DNA from: Chitinophagales bacterium
Lineage (GTDB): Bacteria > Bacillota > UBA5301 > DYFA01
Direction: 5' to 3'
DNA: 61,819 nucleotides
NCBI GenBank assembly: GCA_050260095.1
Contig: JBLNBQ010000179.1
Coordinates: 1 to 61,819, forward strand
Shown here: positions 9,859-19,110 of the stretch, piece after piece
Layout of the letters: each line of letters starts with the position of its first letter
Position numbering within the stretch: the stretch's first letter is position 1
Translations under genes and position numbers: made by a program
The notes under the pieces: model-generated
Told to the model about the DNA's origin: nothing
Seen by the model: only the letters and a program-made list of their open reading frames with translations
Databases searched by the model: none

Positions 9859-10452
9859 ATGGCAACGGCAACGGCGACGGTCGCCGTGCGGACTCCGGAT
9901 CAGCCGTTGGCGATCCGCATCCTGCACTGGATTCACGCCGCGTGCATCGCACTGCTCCTGTGGTCGGGCTTCTACATCCACTATCCGGGCAGCTTCGGCT
10001 TCCCGGGTGCGATGAACGGAGCGCGCATCGTCCACTTCATCGCGATGTACGTGATCGTGTTCAACCTGATCGTGAAGGTCTACCATGCCATCGTGACGGG
10101 CTACTACAAGAGTATCTGGGCCTACCCCAGGCACTTCCTGCAGATGCCGGCGTTGATTGCCTTCTACCTGTGGTTCAGCGAGACTGAGCCAAAGGAGGGG
10201 CACCTCAACCCGGGTCAGCGGATCACGTACTCGTTCTGGCTGTTCCTGCTGATCTTCGAGGCGCTCACCGGTTTCGGGCTGTACTTCTACCTCCCGATGC
10301 TCCGGCAGGGCCTCGGCGGGATGCAGTGGCTGCGTGAACTGCACTTCCTGGGCGCGTGGCTCTTCGCCATCACCACCATGATCCACGTATACCTCGGCCT
10401 CTACAACGGGTTGCACCTGTTCAAGGGCATCATCACGGGATACGAGGACTAG
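9859..10452 (+). CDS. Hydrogenase b-type cytochrome subunit
   Basis: RILHWIHA..SGFYI, NPGQR, LRELHF, HVY; four TM helices. Confidence 0.88.
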   Translation: MATATATVAVRTPDQPLAIRILHWIHAACIALLLWSGFYIHYPGSFGFPGAMNGARIVHFIAMYVIVFNLIVKVYHAIVTGYYKSIWAYPRHFLQMPALIAFYLWFSETEPKEGHLNPGQRITYSFWLFLLIFEALTGFGLYFYLPMLRQGLGGMQWLRELHFLGAWLFAITTMIHVYLGLYNGLHLFKGIITGYED

Positions 10453-10914
10453 ATGCCCAAGAAGTGGCGCGTCCTGATCCTGGGAGTCGGGAACCTTCTC
10501 TTGCGGGACGAAGGGTTCGGGGTGAGGGTCATCCAGGCGCTCGAAGAGCGCGGGGTGGCTCTCCCCCCGGACGTCACCCTCCTCGACGGGGGGACGGCGG
10601 GGTTTGCCCTGATGAACCCTATCGCCGAAGCGGAGAAGGTGGTCGTGGTGGACGTGGTGAAGGCGGGGCAACCGCCGGGCACCATGTACCGCTTCGACAC
10701 CAGGGAAGTGGGGGTCAAGCGGATGCCGCAAGACTCCCTGCACCAGGTCGATCTGTACCAGGTGCTTGCCGCCCTCGAACAGATGGGGGAACGACCGCCG
10801 GAAGTGGTGGTCATCGGCATCGAACCCAAGGTGATCGACGTGGGACTCGACCTCAGTCCCGAACTCGAGGAGAAAATCGACCGGGCAATCGAGTTGGTAC
10901 TGGCCGAACTGTGA
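10453..10914 (+). CDS. Hydrogenase maturation protease (HybD/HyaD family)
   Basis: LGVGNLLLRDEGFG, LLDGGT, SLHQ. Confidence 0.93.
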   Translation: MPKKWRVLILGVGNLLLRDEGFGVRVIQALEERGVALPPDVTLLDGGTAGFALMNPIAEAEKVVVVDVVKAGQPPGTMYRFDTREVGVKRMPQDSLHQVDLYQVLAALEQMGERPPEVVVIGIEPKVIDVGLDLSPELEEKIDRAIELVLAEL

Positions 10915-10924
10915 GCCTGAATGG

Positions 10925-10962
10925 TGAGCCCGCCGCGGGCGACTGCGGCGGGCTCATCTTTC
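10925..10962 (+). terminator. Hairpin/terminator after the hydrogenase structural genes
   Basis: TGAGCCCGCCGC/GCGGCGGGCTCA stem followed by TCTTT. Confidence 0.5.
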
Positions 10963-10982
10963 CCGGGAAGGAGTAGCGGACC

Positions 10983-11324
10983 GTGCACGAACTGGCGATC
11001 GCCACCGGAATCGTCGAACTGATTCAGAAGGAAGTGGCCAAGCGCGGCCTCTCCAAGGTGACTGAGGTGGCGCTGGTGGTCGGAGAACTGACCAACGTCG
11101 TCCCCGAAGCCCTGGAGTTCTGTTTCGAGGTCGCCAGTCAGGAGACGGCGGCCGCCGGGGCCAAGCTGCTCATCGAGACCAGGCCGATCACCGCACGCTG
11201 CAAGGCGTGCGGGACGGAGTTCCCGGTCAAGAATTACTCCTTTATCTGCCCTGCGTGCGGTTCGCGCGAGACCGAGCAGACGGGGGGCAACGAATTGTAC
11301 GTGGACCATCTGATTGCCGACTAG
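10983..11324 (+). CDS. hypA: Hydrogenase nickel metallochaperone HypA
   Basis: MHELAIA, two CxxC motifs, GNEL. Confidence 0.95.
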   Translation: MHELAIATGIVELIQKEVAKRGLSKVTEVALVVGELTNVVPEALEFCFEVASQETAAAGAKLLIETRPITARCKACGTEFPVKNYSFICPACGSRETEQTGGNELYVDHLIAD

Positions 11325-11501
11325 TGGGGCCGAAAGGAGGCCGCTCCTCTGGGAACTCGGAGCCCTGCCGCCCCGCCTCGTCGTCTACCCCTCCCAGCTC
11401 GCAACTGCAGGGGCGAGTGCAGGCTTGCCCAAGAAGGATGACGGTGCCCCGCGAGGTGGGCTGCCCCGGGCGGCCCAGGCTGGCGGTTCCGCCAAGGCTT
11501 G

Positions 11502-11510
11502 TGTTACAAT
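11502..11510 (+). promoter_or_regulatory. Possible extended -10 promoter for hypB
   Basis: TG-T-TACAAT just upstream of the GGAGGA RBS, in the ~210-bp hypA-hypB gap. Confidence 0.35.
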
Positions 11511-11536
11511 TGAGACAGTTTGGGGGAGGAGTGCAA

Positions 11537-12196
11537 TTGGAGATCAACCTGCAGGCCAACGTACTCGGCGCCAACGAAGCCATCGCCCGGGAACTCCGGG
11601 AAGAGTTCGGCCGCCGGGGCATCCTCTGTCTCAACTTCATCAGTTCTCCGGGCGCCGGCAAGACCACCATCCTGGAACGCCTCTGCGGCCTGCTGAAAGA
11701 CCGGGTGCGGCTGGCGGTCGTGGAGGGCGACATCACGACCTCCATCGATGCCGACCGGGTGGCGCGTTCGGGCGTACCCGTCCACCAGGTCAACACCTAT
11801 GGCGGTTGCCATCTCGACGCGCGCATGGTGCGCAAGGCGCTGGGGAGTTTCGATCTCGACCAGCTCGACCTGGTCATCATCGAGAACGTCGGCAACCTGG
11901 TCTGCCCGGCCGACTTCGACCTGGGAGAAGACGAGAAAGTGGTCGTGCTCTCCGTTCCGGAAGGCGACGACAAGCCGGCGAAGTACCCGGCCACCTTCCG
12001 CCGGGCAGGGGTCGTCCTGCTCAACAAGGTTGACTTGTTGCCATATTTCAACTTCGACCTGCCGGGAGTCAAGAAGGAACTCGCCAGCCTGAACCCGGCT
12101 CAGACCGTCTTCGAGGTGGTGGCAACCACCGGGCAGGGCTTGGAGCAGTTGGTCGACTGGATCATGGCCGAGGTCGAACGTAAACGGAAGCGGTAG
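11537..12196 (+). CDS. hypB: Hydrogenase nickel-insertion GTPase HypB
   Basis: SSPGAGKT, GGCHLDA, ENVGNLVCPA, KYP, NKVDL. TTG start inferred from the RBS. Confidence 0.95.
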   Translation: MEINLQANVLGANEAIARELREEFGRRGILCLNFISSPGAGKTTILERLCGLLKDRVRLAVVEGDITTSIDADRVARSGVPVHQVNTYGGCHLDARMVRKALGSFDLDQLDLVIIENVGNLVCPADFDLGEDEKVVVLSVPEGDDKPAKYPATFRRAGVVLLNKVDLLPYFNFDLPGVKKELASLNPAQTVFEVVATTGQGLEQLVDWIMAEVERKRKR

Positions 12197-12207
12197 GGGG
12201 AACGCGG

Positions 12208-14571
12208 GTGCGGCGCGGCATTCTCCGCCTGGGCGGGGTCGTTCAAGGGATCGGCTTTCGACCCTTCATGTACCGGCTGGCCAAGGAGTGGGGTTTGACC
12301 GGGGTCGTCTTCAACGATGTCCACGGCGTCGTGGTCGAAGTCGAGGGCCCTGAGGCTGCCATCGAGGGTTTCCGCGCGGCGGTTCCCCTCGAGATGCCGC
12401 CGCTTGCTCAGATAAACCGTTCCGAGTTCGCTTGGGCCCAACCGAAGGGCTACCGCGACTTTACGATCCTGGCCAGCGCGGTGGGCCAGCGCCCCTCTGT
12501 GCTCATCGCCCCCGATATCGGCCTGTGCCCGCAGTGCCTGGCGGAGCTGAAGGACCCAAGCGACCGCCGGGCGGGCTATCCTTTCATCAATTGCACCAAC
12601 TGCGGTCCCCGGTTCACCATCGTGCAATCCCTACCGTACGACCGGGTGCGGACGACGATGGCCGGCTTCAAGATGTGCCCCGCGTGCCAGGCGGAGTACG
12701 ATGATCCCGGCGACCGGCGGTTCCACGCGCAGCCGAACGCCTGTCCGGTCTGCGGTCCCAAGGCTTTCCTGCGGCTTCCGGCGGAGCTCGTCGGCCTGTC
12801 CGAAGGCGAGCTGGCCGCCGCGGTGGCGGCGCCGCGGCCGGCGGAGGCTGCCGCTCAGGGAGCTGTCTTCGCCAGGGCCCGCCGCCTCATCAAAGAGGGG
12901 AAGATCCTGGCGGTCAAGGGCATCGGCGGCTTCCACCTGGTCTGCGACGCCCACCAGCCGGCTGCGGTGGAGGCGCTCCGGGCCCGGAAGCACCGGGAAG
13001 CCAAGCCGCTCGCCCTGCTCTGCCCGGATTTGGAGGCTGCCGCCCGGTACGGCGTGGTCGACGCGGCCGCCCGGGAGCTGCTGACCTCCTGGCGCCGCCC
13101 CATCGTGCTGCTGCCTAAGGTTCCGGCGCCGGCCCGGCCCTTGGCCGAGGCCATCGCTCCGGGGGTCGACACGGTCGGCGTCATGCTGGTCTACGCTCCG
13201 TTGCAGGTCCTTCTCTTCGACGAGAACCTCGACTGCCTCGTGGCGACCAGCGCCAACCTCTCCGATTCGCCCCTGGTCACGGACAACCTGGAGGCGGTGC
13301 GGGAACTCGGGGCGATCGCCGACGCGTACCTGTTCCACAACCGCGACATCCACAACCGCTGCGACGATTCGGTCGCCACCACCGTCGCCGGCGGTCCGCT
13401 CCTGATGCGCCGTTCCCGGGGGTACGCGCCCCAGCCCCTCGAGTACCATCGCCCGCTCACCTCGCTGCTGGCGCTGGGGGGAGATCAGAAGAACGCATTC
13501 TGCCTGACGGCGGGTCGCCGGCTCTACCTCTCCCAGCACATCGGGGAGGTGGGAGATCTGCGGTCGCTAGCCTTCCTGGAGGAGGCGATCACCCGCCTGA
13601 AGGGGTTCTTCGAGATCGAACCGCAGGCGGTGGTGCACGACCTGCACCCGGAGTATCACTCCAGCAAGCTGGCCCGGCGGTGGTTCGAAGGGCGGCTGCC
13701 GTTGGTGGCCGTGCAGCATCACGAGGCGCACCTGGCGGCCTGCCTGGCGGAGCACGGCGTGGAAGAGCCCGTCTTGGGCGTGGTTTGCGACGGCACCGGG
13801 TACGGGCGCGACGGCCGCCTGTGGGGGTTCGAATTCTTTTCCGGCGCGCCGCCCGCGTTCGTCCGGCAGGGGCACCTCGCCTACACTCAACTCCCCGGGG
13901 GCGAAGGCGCCATCCGGCATCCCGGGCGGATGGCTTTCAGCCACCTCTGGGCGGCCGCCGGGGAGGAACTGGTGGCGCGGCTGGAGCGGCGGGGACTCGC
14001 CTCCTGGCCCGATGCCGAGGGGCGCCTGCTCCGGCGCCAATTGGCCTTGGGGCTCAATGCCCCCTGGTGTTCGAGCGCCGGCCGCCTTTTCGATGCGGCT
14101 TCGGCCCTCATCGGGGTCTGCCGGAAAGGACAGTACGAGGGTCAACCCGCCATCGAACTCGAGGCGCTGCTCCAGCAGGAGAAGCCCGGGGTGCCGCGTT
14201 CGGAGGCCTATCCCTTCGGTTGGAAAGAGGAGGGCGAATCCTGGCTGCTCGATCCCTCCCCCCTCTGGGCGGCGCTGGTGCAGGACCTCCTTGCGGGGGT
14301 CGCTCCCGCGGTCATGGCGGCGCGTTTTCACCACGCCGTCGCGACGATGATCCTGGCGGGCATCGACCGGATGAGTCGCGCCACGGGTCTCACCCGCGTG
14401 GCGCTGTCAGGCGGCACCTTCCAGAACCGTTATCTTACAGAGCATCTGGTGGACTCTCTTGCGTTGAAGGGTTATGAAGTCCTGCTGCACCGGCGCCTGC
14501 CGCCCAACGACGGCGGGCTCTCGGTGGGACAGGCGCTCCTGGGCGATCTGTTGCTGGGCGAGAGAAGCTAA
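12208..14571 (+). CDS. hypF: Carbamoyltransferase HypF
   Basis: GVVQGIGFRP, zinc fingers, RRFHAQPNACPVCGP, KGIGGFHL, HDLHP, PNDGG. Confidence 0.96.
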   Translation: MRRGILRLGGVVQGIGFRPFMYRLAKEWGLTGVVFNDVHGVVVEVEGPEAAIEGFRAAVPLEMPPLAQINRSEFAWAQPKGYRDFTILASAVGQRPSVLIAPDIGLCPQCLAELKDPSDRRAGYPFINCTNCGPRFTIVQSLPYDRVRTTMAGFKMCPACQAEYDDPGDRRFHAQPNACPVCGPKAFLRLPAELVGLSEGELAAAVAAPRPAEAAAQGAVFARARRLIKEGKILAVKGIGGFHLVCDAHQPAAVEALRARKHREAKPLALLCPDLEAAARYGVVDAAARELLTSWRRPIVLLPKVPAPARPLAEAIAPGVDTVGVMLVYAPLQVLLFDENLDCLVATSANLSDSPLVTDNLEAVRELGAIADAYLFHNRDIHNRCDDSVATTVAGGPLLMRRSRGYAPQPLEYHRPLTSLLALGGDQKNAFCLTAGRRLYLSQHIGEVGDLRSLAFLEEAITRLKGFFEIEPQAVVHDLHPEYHSSKLARRWFEGRLPLVAVQHHEAHLAACLAEHGVEEPVLGVVCDGTGYGRDGRLWGFEFFSGAPPAFVRQGHLAYTQLPGGEGAIRHPGRMAFSHLWAAAGEELVARLERRGLASWPDAEGRLLRRQLALGLNAPWCSSAGRLFDAASALIGVCRKGQYEGQPAIELEALLQQEKPGVPRSEAYPFGWKEEGESWLLDPSPLWAALVQDLLAGVAPAVMAARFHHAVATMILAGIDRMSRATGLTRVALSGGTFQNRYLTEHLVDSLALKGYEVLLHRRLPPNDGGLSVGQALLGDLLLGERS

Positions 14572-14586
14572 GAGGAGGTTTGGCCC

Positions 14587-14811
14587 ATGTGTCTGGCGGT
14601 TCCGGCAAAAGTGCTTTCGATCGACGGGACTCTGGCCCGGGTCGAGGTTGAGGGGAACGTGCGCGAGGTGGGCGTCCGTTTGGTGCCCGACGTCAAGGTG
14701 GGGGATTTCGTGCTGGTTCACGCCGGTTTCGCGGTGGAGATCGTGGACGAGAAGGCCGCCGAAGAGACCCTCGACATCTTTCGCCAGTTGTTGGGAGGGG
14801 AGAGCGCATGA
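14587..14811 (+). CDS. hypC: HypC chaperone
   Basis: MCLAVP, VLVHAGFA. Confidence 0.96.
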   Translation: MCLAVPAKVLSIDGTLARVEVEGNVREVGVRLVPDVKVGDFVLVHAGFAVEIVDEKAAEETLDIFRQLLGGESA

Positions 14812-15962
14812 CGGCTGCGTTGGACCTTCAGAGGCTCCACACGGCTGCCGAGGCCCTGGCCGACGGTGAAGTGGCTCGCGTCTTGGTCTCCCGCATCCAG
14901 CGCCGGGCGGGCAAGTTCGGCCGGCCCATCAACTTCATGGAGGTTTGCGGCACGCACACCGTGGCGATCTCTCGTTTCGGCCTGCGCGCCGTGCTTCCCA
15001 AGAGCGTCCGGCTGCTCTCCGGCCCGGGTTGTCCGGTCTGCGTGACCGATCAGGCCGACATCGATCTCTTCTTGGCCCTGGCGCGCCAGCCGAACGTCAT
15101 CGTCACCACCTTCGGCGACATGATCCGGGTGCCGGGGAGCGAGACGACCCTGGCGGCGGAGAAGGCCAAGGGACGGGACGTGCGGGTGGTCTATTCCCCG
15201 CTCGATGCCTTGGCGGTCGCCGAAGCCAACCCCGATGCGCTGGTCGTCTTCTATGCGGTGGGATTCGAGACCACCACGCCCATGGTGGCCGCGACCCTCG
15301 AAGTGGCGGCGCAGAAGGGGATAGGTAACTTCACCATTTACCCGGTGCACAAGACGGTGCCGGAGGCGCTCGCCGCGCTGCTCTCATCGGAGGGCGTCCG
15401 CATCGACGGGTTCCTGCTCCCGGGCCACGTCAGCGCCATCATCGGCGCGGGCGCCTACCGGGAGGTGGTTGAACGCTTCCACGTCCCGTCGGTGATCGCC
15501 GGCTTCGAGGGCAACGACATCCTGCTGGCGGTCGACATGCTCCTGGCCCAACTCGAGGCGGGAGAGGCCAAAGTGGAGATCGAGTACCGGCGGGCGGTGA
15601 CCTGGGAGGGGAACGAGACTGCCCAGCGGCTCGTCGCCCAGTTCTTCACGCCGGTCGATGCCAGCTGGCGGGGCATCGGGGTGATCCCCGGCACCGGGCT
15701 GGCTCTCCGCCCGGAGTACGCCCAGTTCGACGTCCGCAACCGCTTCGACACGGAGGCGCTCAAGGCGGCCCTGCCCGAGGTGCCCGCCAGGCTCAAGGCC
15801 TGCGCCTGCGGCGAGGTGCTTCAGGGCGTCAAATTGCCGACCGAGTGCCGCCTCTTCGGCACGGCCTGCACGCCGGTCTCGCCGGTGGGGCCGTGCATGG
15901 TCTCGAGCGAAGGCTCATGCGCCGCGTATTACCGGTACGAACGCCATCAAGGAGGACGGTAG
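14808..15962 (+). CDS. hypD: HypD
   Basis: MEVCGTHT, GPGCPVC, GFETT, PGHVS, GPCMVSSEGSC. Confidence 0.96.
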   Translation: MTAALDLQRLHTAAEALADGEVARVLVSRIQRRAGKFGRPINFMEVCGTHTVAISRFGLRAVLPKSVRLLSGPGCPVCVTDQADIDLFLALARQPNVIVTTFGDMIRVPGSETTLAAEKAKGRDVRVVYSPLDALAVAEANPDALVVFYAVGFETTTPMVAATLEVAAQKGIGNFTIYPVHKTVPEALAALLSSEGVRIDGFLLPGHVSAIIGAGAYREVVERFHVPSVIAGFEGNDILLAVDMLLAQLEAGEAKVEIEYRRAVTWEGNETAQRLVAQFFTPVDASWRGIGVIPGTGLALRPEYAQFDVRNRFDTEALKAALPEVPARLKACACGEVLQGVKLPTECRLFGTACTPVSPVGPCMVSSEGSCAAYYRYERHQGGR

Positions 15963-15965
15963 GCC

Positions 15966-16991
15966 ATGGAAGACGTCATTCTGCTGGCCCACGGCAGCGG
16001 CGGGGGCCAGACGCACCGCCTGATCGACCAGGTCTTCCGCAGGCGCCTGGACAACGAGTTCCTCCGCCAGGGGGACGACGCGGCTCTGTTGCCGCCCCCC
16101 GCGGAACTGGCGGCGGAAGGGGCGCGCCTCGCCTTCACCACCGACTCTTTCGTGGTGAAACCGCTCTTCTTCCGGGGGGGCAACATCGGCAAGCTGGCGG
16201 TCTGCGGGACGGTGAACGACCTCGCGGTGCAGGGCGCCGAACCTCTCTACCTCAGCCTCGCCTTCATCATAGAGGAAGGGCTTTCCTTTTCCGACCTCGA
16301 AAAGATAGTCGACGCCATCGCCGCCACGGCGGCTGACGCCGGGGTCAGGATCGTCACCGGCGACACCAAGGTGGTCGAGCGGGGCAAGGCCGACGGCCTC
16401 TACATCAACACGGCCGGCATCGGGGTGGTTCCGGCCGGGCGAAACCTGGGAGGAGCGCTGGCCCGTCCGGGCGACCAGGTGCTGGTCTCCGGCACCCTCG
16501 GCGAGCATACCATGGCGGTGCTGTCCGAGCGGGCCGGCCTCTCTTGGGAGACGCCGCTGGCCAGCGACTGCGCGCCGCTAAACGGCTTGGTCAGGGAGCT
16601 TCTGGCCGCGGTGCCGGAGACCCGCGTCCTGCGCGACCCGACCCGGGGCGGGCTGGCGACCACCCTCAACGAGATTGCACGACAGTCCAAGGTGGGGATC
16701 CGCCTGCAGGAGACGGCGATCCCCGTCAGCCCGGAGGTCAGGGGCGCCTGCGACATGCTGGGGTTCGACCCGCTCTACGCGGCCAACGAGGGGAAGGTCA
16801 TCGTGGTGGTACCCCCGGGAAGGGCTGAGGCGGCGCTTGAGGCCCTGCGTCGTCACCCCTACGGCAAAGATGCAGCCTTGATCGGCGAGGTGCGGGAGGA
16901 TCCCAACAGTCTGGTCACGATGGTCACCCGGTTTGGCGGCGAACGGGTGCTCGACATGCTCGAAGGAGAGATGCTCCCGCGCATCTGTTGA
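15966..16991 (+). CDS. hypE: HypE
   Basis: LAHGSGG, TTDSFVV, GDTKVV, RDPTRGG, C-terminal PRIC. Confidence 0.96.
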   Translation: MEDVILLAHGSGGGQTHRLIDQVFRRRLDNEFLRQGDDAALLPPPAELAAEGARLAFTTDSFVVKPLFFRGGNIGKLAVCGTVNDLAVQGAEPLYLSLAFIIEEGLSFSDLEKIVDAIAATAADAGVRIVTGDTKVVERGKADGLYINTAGIGVVPAGRNLGGALARPGDQVLVSGTLGEHTMAVLSERAGLSWETPLASDCAPLNGLVRELLAAVPETRVLRDPTRGGLATTLNEIARQSKVGIRLQETAIPVSPEVRGACDMLGFDPLYAANEGKVIVVVPPGRAEAALEALRRHPYGKDAALIGEVREDPNSLVTMVTRFGGERVLDMLEGEMLPRIC

Positions 16992-17015
16992 CGGCGAGGG
17001 CGGGGAGGAAGCGGC

Positions 17016-18533
17016 ATGAAGGCCAGAATCCTGCTGGCAGATGACAGTCCCACCATCCTCAAAGTGGTGGGGTCGGTGCTCGAACACCAGGGTTACGAAG
17101 TGATCACCGCGAGCAACGGGGTCGAGGCGGCCGAAAAGGCCTATCTGGTCGGCCCCGACCTGGTGCTGCTCGACGTCATGATGCCCCGCCTGAACGGGTA
17201 TCAGGTTTGCCGGTTGATCAAGAACGAGCCGGCGCTGCGCCACGTGCCGGTGGTCATCCTCACCTCGCGCGACCAACCCCGCGACCGGTTCTGGGGTTAT
17301 CAGACCGGGGCCGACGAATACGTGACCAAGGGGTTCGACCAGGAGCGACTACTCCAGGTGGTGGCCGAGCTGTTGGACAAGCGGGGGGAATGGGGGACCG
17401 GCGAGGTCGACCGGGCCGCGGCGGCGGGTTCGGCTATCGTCGACATCCTGGCCTTGTCCAACGACTTGCTCGACCGGAAACTCTTCGAGGCGACGGTCGT
17501 CAACGAACTGGGCAAACTGGCGACGGTCATGCAGAGCTACGAACAGACCGTGGACGCCGTTTTGAGCCTGGTCCATCGCCTGGTCGACTACTCGGTGGCC
17601 GCCGTGGCGACCGTCCATGAGGGACAGGGCGAGCTGACGCTCAAGATCCGCACACCGGTGGTCCGGGAGTATCTCGAAGAGTTCAAACAGCGAACTTTCG
17701 ACGCTTTCCACGCCTACTTCCGCGGGGCGCACCTGTTCCACGGCTTCCGGAGCAACGTGCTCTATGCCGATGGCTTGGCGACCACCATGGAGGTGGAGGG
17801 CGCCCCCACCGCGGTGGAAGACTTCCTCTTCGTGCCCATCATGGCCAAGGGCGAAGTGGTCGGCGGCCTGGCCCTGGCCCATCCGCCGGGCGGTCACTTT
17901 ACCGCTGAGGACCAGGCGAATCTTCAGTTGATCGCCACCCACGCCTATTTGGTCATCGAGAACGCTTTCCTCTACGAGCAGGTCAAGCAGCTTTCGATCA
18001 CCGACGGCTTGACCAGGGTTTTCAACCGGCGGTACCTGGAAGACCGCTTGGAGCAGGAATTTCGCCGCAGCCAGCGCCACAAGACATTCCTCTCTTGCCT
18101 GATGATGGACATCGACCATTTCAAACAGATCAACGACACCTACGGCCACCAGGCGGGCGACCTGGTGCTACGCAAGCTGATGGAGCTTTGCCGCCAGGTC
18201 ACCCGGTCAACCGACATCATCGGCCGGTTCGGCGGAGAGGAGTTCGTGGTGCTCCTTCCCGAAACCGATACCCTGGGGGGCAAATGCGTGGCCGAGCGCT
18301 TGCGGAAGCTGGTCGAAAGCCAGACTTTCACGACTGACGCCGGTCCGGTCCGGATGACCATCAGCCTTGGACTCTGCTCGATACCGGCGGTAGGCGTCGA
18401 GGAACCGGCCGACCTAATCAAGCAGACCGACGCGGCGCTTTATGAGGCCAAGCACAGCGGGCGTAACAAGACTTGCGTGGCCAAGGTGAATCTGCCGCTG
18501 GAAGACGGCCAGGGCGGGGCCTGCGCTTCCTGA
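17016..18533 (+). CDS. Response-regulator diguanylate cyclase (REC-GAF-GGDEF)
   Basis: REC (LLADD, LLDVMMP), GAF-like middle region, DGLT..NRR, DIDHFK, RSTD I-site, GGEEF. Confidence 0.93.
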   Translation: MKARILLADDSPTILKVVGSVLEHQGYEVITASNGVEAAEKAYLVGPDLVLLDVMMPRLNGYQVCRLIKNEPALRHVPVVILTSRDQPRDRFWGYQTGADEYVTKGFDQERLLQVVAELLDKRGEWGTGEVDRAAAAGSAIVDILALSNDLLDRKLFEATVVNELGKLATVMQSYEQTVDAVLSLVHRLVDYSVAAVATVHEGQGELTLKIRTPVVREYLEEFKQRTFDAFHAYFRGAHLFHGFRSNVLYADGLATTMEVEGAPTAVEDFLFVPIMAKGEVVGGLALAHPPGGHFTAEDQANLQLIATHAYLVIENAFLYEQVKQLSITDGLTRVFNRRYLEDRLEQEFRRSQRHKTFLSCLMMDIDHFKQINDTYGHQAGDLVLRKLMELCRQVTRSTDIIGRFGGEEFVVLLPETDTLGGKCVAERLRKLVESQTFTTDAGPVRMTISLGLCSIPAVGVEEPADLIKQTDAALYEAKHSGRNKTCVAKVNLPLEDGQGGACAS

Positions 18534-18629
18534 CGCTGCACCGGTAGGGCGGACCCCTCTGGTTCGCCCTGCCAGGAAGACCATTATCTCCCATGTGTAT
18601 GGGGGCGGTCTGCCGGACACCGTAATAGC

Positions 18630-19030
18630 GAGGTTTGCAACGGCCGAGCCAAGATCAGTACGAGGTCCACCAGGGCTTCGTATTGGTCGGCCAAAGGTTG
18701 CTACAGGATCCTTTTGGGTTCTGTAGTAGCCGGCGGGCAGATCGTCGTGGGTTCCGATCCGGGTTTGCAGTAGCCCGAACGGTTACTGCAGGCTCGTCAG
18801 GGATTCACGGCGGTCGAGCTAAGATCATCACGGGTTCCGCACTCACAATGGTCATGTGGCCTTGGGGTTTACGGCAGCCGAAAGGTTGTCGTAGGCTCCG
18901 TAGGTATCCGTGATGGTCGAGCAACGGTTATTGTAGGTTCCGTAAGGGTCTATTGCAGCCGAAAGGTTGCAGTTGGCTCTGAGGGAATCTGCAGTAGCCC
19001 GAGCAAAGGTCGTTGCAGGCCTTTTTTTAC
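18630..19030 (+). ncRNA. Candidate large structured ncRNA: nine 16-bp helices, six-way junction, 3' U-tract; family unknown
   Basis: Manual pairing of 18 alternating 16-nt arms gives 142/144 positions paired (36 G-U, 2 U-U, 0 A-C). The closing helix 18630-18645:19008-19023 runs into T7. Confidence 0.8.
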
Positions 19031-19110
19031 ATAGAGGGAAAGTCTTGCACCTGGTCGAAGGGTAACCTGACCACGCCGTCAGACGGCCCGACAGGAGCGA
19101 ATCGCCCAGG

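Noticed and set aside
11325-11536. Nickel/cobalt riboswitch in the hypA-hypB gap
   Set aside because: GC-rich hairpins are present, but I could not match the conserved NiCo motif. An Rfam scan would be needed.
18630-19023. CRISPR array interpretation of the ~40-nt periodic element
   Set aside because: There are no identical direct repeats with unique spacers and no cas genes. The variable parts base-pair with each other.
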